The position numbers were made by a program, and so were the translations under genes. Shown here in pieces: positions 20,501 through 29,200 of a DNA stretch of 64,000 nucleotides (position 1 is the stretch's first letter; each line of letters begins with the position of its first letter). The notes beneath the pieces are model-generated. The model searched no databases. It had not been told where the DNA came from and saw nothing but the letters and a program-made list of their open reading frames with translations. Source of the stretch: a virus; IMG/VR virus record IMGVR_UViG_3300031951_000076, positions 1 to 64,000 of that record. One strand, 5' to 3'.

Positions 20501-23265
20501 AATACAACATTGCTTATAATCGATCCATGATTTTGCTTTAATTGTTCAATTGTATAATTACCAGAATATAAATCTTTTCTAAAGTTTTCTAAAAATGGGC
20601 TACTATTTAATATAGGTAGAATATAAAATAACTTCGAAGATGTATCAAAATTCTCAAGATTTACTTTGTCAGCATACTTTTGTGCAGCAAGTATTCTACT
20701 GATTTCAGGTTCAACAAAATTGTTATATATCTTATCTTTTAAGAAATCTGTATATACGATTTCATTGTTTTGAATTTTAAAATCAGTCCCTTTACCAACT
20801 GCAACCATTTCATTATCTACAAAAAACTCTTTTGTCATTTTTACTTCCATAGAAGTTGTCTTATCAGACAAAGTAAACAAGACATATGTACCAGTTCTCA
20901 TGTTTTCTTGATGTTTCATGAACATAGCACGTGTCTGTTCGTTATTTGTAAGATTCTTTCGTGTCTTACCATCTTTGCCAGCTTCTTGTTCTCTCACTCC
21001 ATTAAAATAATCAAGAGAAAAAGTAATAGCTTCATTTTTAACCTTAGTCCAAAATTCTTTATTTGGTTGAGCAAAAGGACTATTTAATAAATAACTTGTT
21101 TCACCTAGAGCCCATTGACGTTTTTTAATTTCAACAAAGTTTGTATTTATATTAGAGTACTTTGACTTACCTGCAGCATCTTTACCAGATGGTACATTAA
21201 TCATACCAGGGTTTGCTTCGTAATAAAGTCTAGCTAACTTATTTAAATTTTTTCTTTCATTTTGAATACCGTAGTTACTTAAAAAAGGAGTTTTTAAGTT
21301 TTTTGAATAACCTTGATATATATTATCTAACATACCATTAGGTGTAAAAACTATACTAAGTGATTTTCCTTTTTTAATTTTATCACCAAGTCTTTCACCA
21401 AAATAATTAATTTGTTTATCTGTAAACTTTATACCCAATACATCAAAGAACTCTTTAAGTTTAGTTTTTTGTACTTCAGGTGTTCCAGCTCTACCCTCTT
21501 CAATTATTTTATTAAGTCTTTCAACTTTAGCTTTGTTTGGAAATAAATCTCCATTAGCGGTCCTGTCAAAAAAATCTGAGTTTAATTGTTGTGCAAACCA
21601 ACCTTTAGCGACTTGCTCTTCAACACTTTCTCTATTAATAGCTACAACTTTTACTTCTTTTACACCTTTAACCTCTTTACCAACCTTATTAAGTTTGTAT
21701 AATACAAGAGTTTCATTTGCAAAGGCTTTACTAGCAAATGTTAAAACCTGATTAATTGTAGACCATTGATTGTTTTTTCTAAAGTTTTCAAGTTTGTTTA
21801 TAAACTCAGCTAAATAAGGTCTGGCTTCTACTAGTGATTGTAAACTAGTTACAAATGCTTTATACTTATCAAAGTCTTCTGTGTAACCACTAAGTTTCAT
21901 ATCAACGCCTGCACTTAGTATATCTTGAAATACATCAGCAGGGTTAGCATATAGAGGAATGCCCAGTTCATATTTACCAGGTATTTGGATATTATTAACT
22001 AAAGATTTTACAGTGGCACTGGCTGTATGTAATGGGTTAACTTCATTAATACCTTTATCAAATCTTTCACCAATTTCATTTTGTGCTAAAAGATATTCTT
22101 CAGTTTTATCTTCTTCTTCATTTGTTACATCTTCAGAATTTACTTCCTGAATTTTCCCATTCACTTCACGAATACCCATCTTTAATAACTCTGCTTTCAC
22201 AAAGTCTTTATACTTATCAAACTCATTGACTATTGATGAATACTGGTCTTGAGCTTTGATAACATCACTATAGTTTTTAACTCCCTGTAAATTAAAATTT
22301 TCTAATAAAGCATTAAGTTTAGCCTCATCTTTTTCTTTTAACAAATCATATACTTGTTCTGATTTAACAGTGTTAAGAAAATCATTAACATTTCTTAAAG
22401 ATGCAACAAACTTATATTTTGCTTTATTAAAAGCTGATTCAAAACTTGTATTTAAAATTTTACCTGGACTAATTTCACCAACAGCATCTAAAAATAATGA
22501 TTGAATATAGCTTGTATATTTAATTTCTTTTTGACTAATCATCAATCTTCTATCAATATCTTCAGCTATTTCTTCTGTAGTTTTAGCACGTATTGATCTA
22601 AAAACACCAGCTGATTCTACAAACTTTTTAAATCCTTCTATATCTTGTTTAGAACCTAATATGAGAGCTTGACTTGGTTCAAATATTACAATTTGTTTTT
22701 CTAACCAAACTGTTTCAGCAGATTTAGTAGCATTATATTCTTCAACTTTTTCTGCAATTATAGCATCATAATTTGTTCCAAATACAGTATCACCTTTATA
22801 TATTTTTACTTGTGTATCTAAATCCTCATAATCAATTGGTTTAGTAATTGTTTTAGGATTTTTTATATTTAATAATATAGAATATAATACAGCATTATCT
22901 TTATTTTGAAGTTGTCTTTGAGCATGTTGTAATGCTTCATTTGGATTAACTGCAAAATAATTTCCAGATACTCTAGTAGATTTTTCAAATTTCTGTTTAT
23001 TATCATAAATACTTCCATGATAAACAATATCCTTCACTTTACTATCAGGAAATATAGTATCAAGATATTGAGAGTATTGTTCTGCTGTTCCTATAGAAGC
23101 TAATTCAGGATTCAAATTAAATACTTCTTGCACTCCTGGTTTTAAAGTTACTTCAGTAACAGGTACCACCTCACCATACTTAAAAAAAGTACGCCAAGCT
23201 TCTACTTCACCAACTTCTTTAACTAAACTATTCCATTCAGGGCTGTTAATATTAGGACAATGCAT
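11596..23265 (-). CDS. virion-packaged double-psi-beta-barrel RNA polymerase polyprotein (3889 aa) with ART-like, SLOG, Macro-like, SF1 helicase and zincin domains
   Basis: RIPNQ (~18796-18810) and GSDFDIDKL (DFDID 18679-18693) as in phi14:2 gp66-type RNAPs; TDAQ, PLKP, VDNAK; accessory motifs listed in findings. Confidence 0.92.
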   Translation of the reverse strand: MHCPNINSPEWNSLVKEVGEVEAWRTFFKYGEVVPVTEVTLKPGVQEVFNLNPELASIGTAEQYSQYLDTIFPDSKVKDIVYHGSIYDNKQKFEKSTRVSGNYFAVNPNEALQHAQRQLQNKDNAVLYSILLNIKNPKTITKPIDYEDLDTQVKIYKGDTVFGTNYDAIIAEKVEEYNATKSAETVWLEKQIVIFEPSQALILGSKQDIEGFKKFVESAGVFRSIRAKTTEEIAEDIDRRLMISQKEIKYTSYIQSLFLDAVGEISPGKILNTSFESAFNKAKYKFVASLRNVNDFLNTVKSEQVYDLLKEKDEAKLNALLENFNLQGVKNYSDVIKAQDQYSSIVNEFDKYKDFVKAELLKMGIREVNGKIQEVNSEDVTNEEEDKTEEYLLAQNEIGERFDKGINEVNPLHTASATVKSLVNNIQIPGKYELGIPLYANPADVFQDILSAGVDMKLSGYTEDFDKYKAFVTSLQSLVEARPYLAEFINKLENFRKNNQWSTINQVLTFASKAFANETLVLYKLNKVGKEVKGVKEVKVVAINRESVEEQVAKGWFAQQLNSDFFDRTANGDLFPNKAKVERLNKIIEEGRAGTPEVQKTKLKEFFDVLGIKFTDKQINYFGERLGDKIKKGKSLSIVFTPNGMLDNIYQGYSKNLKTPFLSNYGIQNERKNLNKLARLYYEANPGMINVPSGKDAAGKSKYSNINTNFVEIKKRQWALGETSYLLNSPFAQPNKEFWTKVKNEAITFSLDYFNGVREQEAGKDGKTRKNLTNNEQTRAMFMKHQENMRTGTYVLFTLSDKTTSMEVKMTKEFFVDNEMVAVGKGTDFKIQNNEIVYTDFLKDKIYNNFVEPEISRILAAQKYADKVNLENFDTSSKLFYILPILNSSPFLENFRKDLYSGNYTIEQLKQNHGSIISNVVLNEFKQSVEDDINNYVADGIFKVDKGVFSFPSFKSGKANDYLFRFKSTDLKGRDLARAMVMDMKLNYMNAQVKTLQFLRFDPMVAFKMPKGLTKKAFNEYTGGEKVKIALTTWDEFSKRAAALIAPGSQGNWSWVTSKGERYFSKDYKAVTADDLTIVVNKVKNDTTDAQEFTTVQEHIDFLASEGKIDLDVWESITNKIRKAGKGGYYTLSDLEVKVIFTPLKPVQVSDQNEGDTGLNRIDYVKSSRYPLLPQHEAGSERDKLRIWMEQNDINSVNFASGKKLGRPTVSVVLFDKNGNFVEPSKEDTEKATQILSRDGLRTQQEIPHQKDEIPFITQMNRTLFDGLLDSVFKMEGLGDVTGLELKNLKERVRTRLFKLKSEELDQELGNLKANHIGLYKLLRKTILEDTSGSYGENDLRAIQLDSLTKKIAFPIELNPKAKKLQGLINSMINKNVMLKMNGSSFIQVSGVGSKFTFGTLSESIKSDIIWTDTYASTFKDGKASLAYISKKDGEVKPAQIIVSQYIKDENGKLIDLKQFIKEENKVKILDTSKLDPKLLRLVASRIPNQSLPSTLPVEVVGFLPEYMEDTIIVPDGITGQMGSDFDIDKLYAYKSKSIAQKDSKGNIIGYKSIPYKLTKVEDIDSLDEDQLKELYKDIHWTVLTNPDAFEKITKSIDSPEVKVKIDKRSKLLEKYNISTDPSVVLPLDFNTSIKRHEDNRSGKDGVSVFANYISAQADFQDKPLTLGYMTEKEDGKGFEAVKLPIYIKVNGKVEEFVFIGQNGKSKSQAGNTYTVGENINIPFGESVDNAKNLNLREFNWDKKAMSSVGILNMLTTEDKVALPIEFSMDLTSQEVIYDLFRRINKKQDSFEGFESNAFVNSVQEIASEITGKIGGLDKFKDEESLVAYLSDSKRKKQDPLSVEKLENMWIVGKLLSSNNQAVFGALIQEDALAKGENIRDVQEEKLLTLSKDLGYKSVKDLLLDYYVTQYDSLELFSRLDEIGKEFMTILGSVYTYTKGIGADVFTTLQKINQLNKLSKSSVFIDITNVAGAVNKDSDSGLISIVPKGEIGHSILYSLIKAQSIYQELFPVSTGRTLENIVVSLLNDMGLDKEDLGRERYIRAYETAFNAIKAYMYTMPNLELFGDLKTDRSRLLNGDTSLGKSILELQQNPEFITNGFLKYIEVEPQYKGDAYLISFKAPFGTDMNEKEILSGFYELATSENEIVREIARELALYPYATGDAGNIQRFIPVDYYMRDIDFQTSIADFDNEFNFTLGNQFGVNILKDQIVQNNPEEYSVKFNYSTNNDKDNAFKQSLKPLINNAATLKDVKNFKIKVGDFQVNEKTQSIVKSLKIEKLNDKERKIAAERNVDFKYPAYILINDSYTSDFFPQNDWSVNYLYKRVSEAIPENGIAEYERINILGYKSVKEYDFNNLRLESSIKNNQVDVSAADFAKEESDLRELVQGLEVEAFDLSNPAVYVNHSGGAYGADTFWDVIGREFGVQNHKHYREESNKGLSKKLRDSNVQATVLSKQEMDKARAEVKRLLGEDYPDTTEGNLKVRNYYQVANADAVYAIAELDSSIDKSKPDNLTDPTKSIKSYKFDKVKGGTNVAVQLGIKLNKPVYVWDLNNRAWFKYDGKQFVQTETPKLTRNFAGVGSRDIEAYNVKNKETGQWEQRQQYKGPEIEEAAKQAIRDVYNNTLGKTKEVVKEELKRETTLDKITKENLPENGYFVFGSNDKGVHGLGAAKAAVDDFGAITGQASGLQGRSFAIRTKMYQDDKLTVYPKLTEENKKAMDKMTIEDLNALRIEALNNPDNKYYVTEIGTKLAGRSVEQMKDLFRRMNDKFGIPDNIILPKAFEVRTNEPYKSRESIVTSEEEIDEQPSTLIGYKNSNFIVEGSIEEGFKVFYTDKDGVKTKEVEDMSLYNKVTLAYQVETYPENVVTLTDMPTKPKYYVDIAGEIYSLQESTYGTQITSDDIHNRVNKALAGRLENDTEIVESSKEIIKKSLDPETGKRINVPEGSNPNNMVIFEDENTKYLMNDGQQEAYNFIKANVEKILKDSKRVRVEELENTVSFLDPLSIKFSGVIPKVMWDNMIGLAGRGGVGKTTVIRAIMDSLDSGNKYRGVSIMYLTPSHTAATVLQESLGLDSEKANDGTVNTIPSAVRRNKIDQNGNLVMASTEDYALGLKYKPAFSSPDVIIVDESSMVTTQDIKDMLERTAYDLKNGHSFKMPIFIFMGDYRQLGPIGEQQNAFVNKGIISSTLLLNKEKTKELTQVMRSGDKLLHQIYDSVGNEIIDNINRTKEGKQPRQLSFDKYDALTNKSTENMLVVDNEVGVIDDYTDFLSQNNNPYGMFWVHYNRVENPNTINLADKIRKLYFLKIGKQIEQVDHRNFSNGDYVEFTDALEMRGSEFQYKTSDEKLEALLKERKVPFNRDREVFNVSGGIIKPRSRYKIIDIVSNVESIKDVVSSDLRRHLPDFDVTTENILLYNRQNKIRGYRKPLGLSVEMGKYNSKTSRQEDIKIKDAKTGNVLATFSMHYREFKNISAELRGLTSKKMPFTPSYVGSSHTAQGNSIKNVIVGDYNVKQARQNAQINQDDIFSSMYVSLTRTSGTLIVIKPRGSRIIHNQEVFQGAIRDDNKSKTKLDNAVKPASTSVAPVVGETTSVRDIVDPTELNLNSLMNDAMDNAITALFQGKDTETNSKDFLNRLYKQTNSFNKSLLMMIGKTGIVTPFKIVINRSLKNPGEYNSFTKTISINPELILQENNSFDLDGAVKSLHDVIVHELMHHLTADLLMARPETLSSEQRKWVEDLNDLFKAVQQKLLSDPVHGPALQRAMDQVNREDGMLSAKDKSLYYGLTNIHDFVSMLMTDSGFQEFMNNITYDGKKSVLDRIMDMLADLLKLLNINIKEDSVLKEGVTKIVGLIQSRNKTDQNSIQKSIVTKEIREKNISDNLSDIVKALSIKIKC

Positions 23266-23271
23266 TCTTAT

Positions 23272-26200
23272 TTATTTTTTAGATTTTGGCTTTGTATTAC
23301 ATTTATCTTTTTCTTTCTCTACTTGTTCATCAGTCATTTGATTTGCAATTGCTATACGATCTAGTTGTGCAAAAATATCATCTGGATTTACAGCTGCTTG
23401 TTCACTAGAAACTTCTGGTTTTTCATAATAAAGATCTTCCATTGCAAATGGGTTATCATATGGACCCACTGTTTTTGGATTAATTACTCCTTGTTCTACA
23501 TCATTTTTTTTATATTCTAAACTTCTTCCGTATTTATCTTTTTTAGAAATAACTTCATATTTATTTCCTTTTTCATCATACAATACATCTCCCACCTTTG
23601 CAAATCTTAATTGTGTTTTTGCAGATTTCTTTGTTTGTTTAACGGTAGGTTTTACTTCTGCAGCTGCTAATTCTGCATCAACACTAGCTTTAATTTCACT
23701 AGTAAGTATTGTAGAATCATTAAGTATTTCTTGTTCTTCTTTAGAAAAGCTAGTGATTATTTTACCAGCTTTTAGTTCTTTGTAAAGTTCTCTAGCTAGT
23801 TCTGCATCATATTGAGCATTAATTCTTCTTTTTTGCTTTCCATAATCATCATCATACATACCTCCTTCATCGTCATATTTTTTAAGTGCTGCTTTTCTTC
23901 TTTCTTCTATATTAGCTTTTACATTAGAAACCGAAGCTGTAGCAGGTTTAGCTCCTTCTAAAGCAGCTAGTTCTTTTTCTAGTTTTGCTTCAATAGCTCT
24001 ATGACGTTTACCATCTTCTGTTTCTGGTGCAGCCCAACTTCCTGTAAAAGAATTTTGCCATTCTGTTATAAGATTTCTTACTGACTCAGGTACATATTTA
24101 TTGTATAATTTAACTTTTTGCTCCTGTGATGCTTGTTCACTTTCACCAGGTCTATAAGTAAATGTACCATCTCCCCAATCTTTCTTTTCAGAAAAAAGCT
24201 CAACTCTACCTTTACTATTTCTATCAATAACTAGTAAAAACTCTTTACCACTGTCACCAATTACCTCTACGCTTACTTGTGTACCCTGTTCTCTAATCCC
24301 TGCAGCTACAATAGCTTTCTTATCAGAAACTACAGGAGCTATTGGTTGTGTTAAAGCAGCTAGTTCAGCATCGTATATTTTATCAATTTCTTTTTCTAAA
24401 AGTTCTTTAGTTTCAAAATCAGTTAACTTGTATTGTTTAAAAGTATTAGTATTTTCTTTTTTATGAACTCTTATCACAGTTCCCCATCGCTGACCTTTAG
24501 TTCCTAATACAGAAACAACAATATCTTCTTTTGCATCAGTTCTAAAATCTTCAATTTCTTTTCTTCTTTTTTCTATATCAGAAACAGGAGCTGTAGGAGC
24601 TGGTGTTACAACAGGTGGTTTTTCAAATGTATCACCTACAACAACTTCTTCTTCTTTTGGTTTTACAACAATAGCGTCTGTATTGGATGACATTTTAATC
24701 ACAGGGTTAGCAAAATACACCCAATCACCATCTTTGTTTTTAGAAGGAATACCTTCTTCTACATATGTCATTGCATTCTGCATGATGTATTCATTATACG
24801 TCATGGGTGTAATTTTCACTTCATTGTTTTGTATTGTAACAAAAGGTACTTTTTTAGTGTTATTGATACCAACAAGATTAGGATTTCTTGGATCAGTAAA
24901 TTTAACTGTTGTTAAAAGATTTTGCATCAAAGAAATAACATTACCAGGAAGTTCACTAGATAAAACAATTGGTTTACCATCGTTATTGAACCATTCACCA
25001 TCTGCAGTTTTTACTTGCAAATATAAATGTCCTTGTGCTGTAATATTAAGTCTTGCTAATCCATTAGCTACATCACTACCGTTACCAATTTCAGAAAGCT
25101 GTTCCTTTTTAAGACGTGTAATAAATTGATCAACATATCTTTGTAACACTCCAATATCAGGTTTACCTTCTGACATTTCCATACCTAAAGCTTTGTAAAT
25201 TCCTTCAACAAGCTTAGGATTCATTGTTTCACCTACAAATGCTTTCCAAGCTTCAATTATAAGCTTAGCTTTATTCTCACTCACCTTTGGAAGTTTAACA
25301 TATGTAGGAAAAAATGTACCACGAGGTGTTGGTAATAACAAAACAGATACACCACTTTGGTTATCTATTTCTTCTGTAAATGATTTTGTATTTTCAACTT
25401 TATCAATAACTACACCTGCATCTACTTGTAGCTCACCATTTTTTACAATAGCAAACATTCCATGGCGATTGTCAGTTCCACCATCTGCTATTTTTGGATT
25501 AACTCTATCTTTAATTACACCAGGATCTGTTGTATTTCTTAAGATACCTATTGACTTTCCTTCAACTATTCCATTCATTTCAAAACTTGGATCATTGTTA
25601 AAATTATCCAGTATAAATTTACGAAATTTTTGATTCTTTGCAACTTCTTCTTTTACCACGGTCGGCAAGTCCATATCTAACTGATCTTCAGGAACAACAA
25701 TATTTACATACTTGTTAAATATTTTATGGTTAATCCACTGTGGTTCATGGAATGTTCCAATAAGTTTTTCTTTACCTTCTATTGTAGCATATACACCAAT
25801 TGGAGCATAGTCATACATTTCAGGATTAACTTTTCCATCTGGACCAAAAATGTTTCCAGCATCATAAACATCCCCAGTTATTCTATTTGTTACAGTTGGG
25901 AAATCTTTTGTCATCACTCTATAAGTCAGTGACGAACCTTCAGGAAAGTTTCCTGTCGCAATATCAAAAACATAGTTTGTATTTACACCAGTTCTAACTT
26001 GCGTAACTACATCACCAGTAACTCTAAATTCAGCTATATCAGTTGTATTAGCTAATGAGTTACTTGGAGCAGTTTGTCTTCTTCCTTCTTGATAAGTTAC
26101 ATTAGCTGTATTATTATCAGACCTTGATGATTGTAATCCTGTTGTATCAAAACGATTATTCTGAACAAAGTCTCTAACCGCAGATGGATCATCTTCAATA

Positions 26201-29200
26201 AACTCAGAATATCTAATTTTATATGTACCGTTTTCAAGTTTTCCTAAAAAGTCATCAATCAAAGCTTTATCAAAACTAGTTTCACCTGCATTATTAGTAA
26301 CAATGTAGTTTACTGCTTTACCAGGAATAACAGATGCTATTTTGTATATATTACCTTGATCATCTGTAAACTCATTATTTACTTGTATTTGATCAAAATA
26401 ATTAATTTCAACATCAGGTTTTGGTTCTGCTTTCTTTAAACTACTTGCTTCTACAAATCTTTTAACACCATCAGATGCAACTAGTGGATTACCTTCTAAA
26501 TCTTTTAAATGATAAACCACTCTACCATCTTGTGTTTTAGTTATTTCAGCTACGGTATATTCTTTATCTTCAAAAACAACATTGTCATCTATTTTATATT
26601 CTTCTGTTTTTGGTTTTGGACCACCTTTTAATCTTTCATATCGCTGTCTTTCAAATTTACCGCTTGTTTTTTCCCATATTTCATAAGGCGGTGTTTCTCT
26701 ATCTGCAGCATCATTTGACGCTTTAACCTTATTATATTGTTGTTGTAAATATTCTTCAACAGTATTAGGTATTTCTTGTCCTTCAACGTCTTTTGCACGT
26801 TTAAGTTTACCTGTTTTTAAATTATCTAAAAATTCTTCTTCAGTAAATCCAATATTATCATCAGTTCCATCTAACGCATTTAATAAAATTAAATCACCTA
26901 ATGGAGCTATATCATATTTTTTACCATTAAAAATATAATTTTCTGTAAAATCAATTCCTGAAGTTTCTGTTTGTTGCTGCTGTTGACCTTGTTGACCTTG
27001 CTGTTGTTGACTTTCTAACTCTTTTCTTCTTTTTTCTTCTTCTTCTTTTTTCTTTTCTTGTTCAATTTCTTCTAAAAACTTTGCTCTCATTACAACAAGA
27101 TCATCAGTTATTAATTTTTCATTAATAGCCATATCAATAATCTCGCGCTTAGAGTAATTTTCAATTTCTTCTTCTGTTAATCCATTTTCTTTTAAAAGTC
27201 TAGCAGCAGATGTATAAATGTTATCACTTAGATATTCATCCACTTTATAAAATATATCATCTAAAACAGATGGTTTAAGCTCAAGATTAAATACTCTTTT
27301 AAAGAAATCACTAAGTGCATCTACAAATTCAACCCAAAGTGATTTTTTTCCTGTTAATCCAGGTACTGATGTTAGCTCTTTCTGAAACTCTGGATTAGAA
27401 TAAGCCTCAGCTAAAAATTCTTGAATGTTTGTAAAACCATAATAACTAGTATCAATACCTCTATCTTCTAAGGTTTTCTTAGCGTAGTTGTAAAGTTTTT
27501 CTATATCTCTTGTAAACTTGCTGTTATAAGCAAGCTCATCACTAGTTAAAAGGTGAATAATCTCATGAAGCATAACGCCCTCAAATGACATTTTACCTTC
27601 ATGTAAATCAGGATCAATCGTTATTGTATTACTACCTAATGTGTAAAAAGCTGGAGCTATAGTTTGATTTCTATCAAATTTTACTTTTGCGTCATCTTTT
27701 ATACTATCATACAAGCGAGCTAAAGCCATTCTTAGATAAGGATCTATATATGGATTTGCTGCCATTTTTTGTATCATCGGTTTAAGAGCAACAGTCTCGC
27801 CATCTTGTACATCATAGTATTCCATTATATCTTCTGCAATCCTATCATCATCTTTCATTCTATACAAGAAAGTGGCGTTTGTTCCTTTTTTTACCCAAGA
27901 TGTACCTTCTTCATATTTTTTACCTTTTCTTTCTTCTCTTCTTTTTTTTCTTTCTTCATCTGTAAACCTTTGACTCTTACCTCTTTCTGCACGATCAGCT
28001 ATTTCATTAAAAGGTTTTACAATTACATTATCAATATATTCTTTAAAGTTAGCAGCACCGTTTTTAGTATCAGCATACTTTGCCCATTCTAATCCAAGTT
28101 GTCTAATTTGATTTTGTAACTGACTTGATCTTTGTTGTCTACTATATAATTTGTTCCTTAAAATAACATTTTGTACTTGATTTCTATTTGCTTTTTCATA
28201 CTGATACAAACCATCTGGACCTTTTTTAATTGTCTTTAATGCTTCTGGATTATCTTTCTTTAAGGTGTCTAATTCTTTTTGAAGTTCGTTTAATACTGTT
28301 TTAGCTAAAGCTTTTTCAATAGGTTTTTTATCACTAATCTCCATTCCTTCAATATAATCCTTTTGAGAATCAATTCTTAATTGTAAATCATTTAATTGAT
28401 CTGCAAGATCATCTGATAAACCTATATCTTCTTTAGCTATTTGATTAAGCATTTCATTTTTAAACTCATTATTATCAGCTGTTGTTTCATTTACAAGATT
28501 TCTATATATTGCAAGTCTAGTTGCAAGCTCAGTCATTTTGTTTTTTCTAGCCTCTTCTTCAGGAAGCATTCTTCCACGCCAGTCTTTTTTAAATATAATA
28601 TCATCGTTCAAAATTTTATTTTGAGCGATCATTTGTTTAGTTAAATTTTTATATTTTTCAATTTGTTGTGGTGTAGTTTCATCAGGAGTAAAACCTAATT
28701 TAGCAAGCTCACCTGCATCAGTTCTTCCAACAGCATCAAGTTTACCAAGTAGTGTATTTTCTAAACCTAATTGAATATGTGCATTTACAAATTGAGCAAA
28801 GGCACTATCTCTTAATAAATCTCTATGAAATTTATTTTCTACAGTGTTTGCAGCTTCAATAGCGCTATTTACATTATTAAAATTGTTAGCAACATTAAAA
28901 AGCTTACTTTGATTAATTGTTGGTTTACCTTTTTCGTCCAAAATAATTTGCTCTTCTGATACCTCATTACCATCTTTGTCTTTAGTTGTTACCATTTTTG
29001 TTTCAAAAATGTTACCAAACTTTAACCAGTTTTGTTGGGCTTCATTATAAAACTTTACAGCTGCTTTAGTAAACTCATCATTTCTTTTTGCTTGTTTAAG
29101 TTCACTATAAACACTCATCCCTCCACCTAAAATACCACCTAAACCAATACTTATAGATGCTTCAGGATCTTTACCTGTAACAGCATTTAATGTTTGATTC

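Noticed and set aside
11596-23265. Inteins or introns inflating the RNAP gene (also considered for polB)
   Set aside because: No internal Cys and no recognisable HN-C/S/T splice junction or LAGLIDADG motifs; extra length is explained by terminal accessory domains
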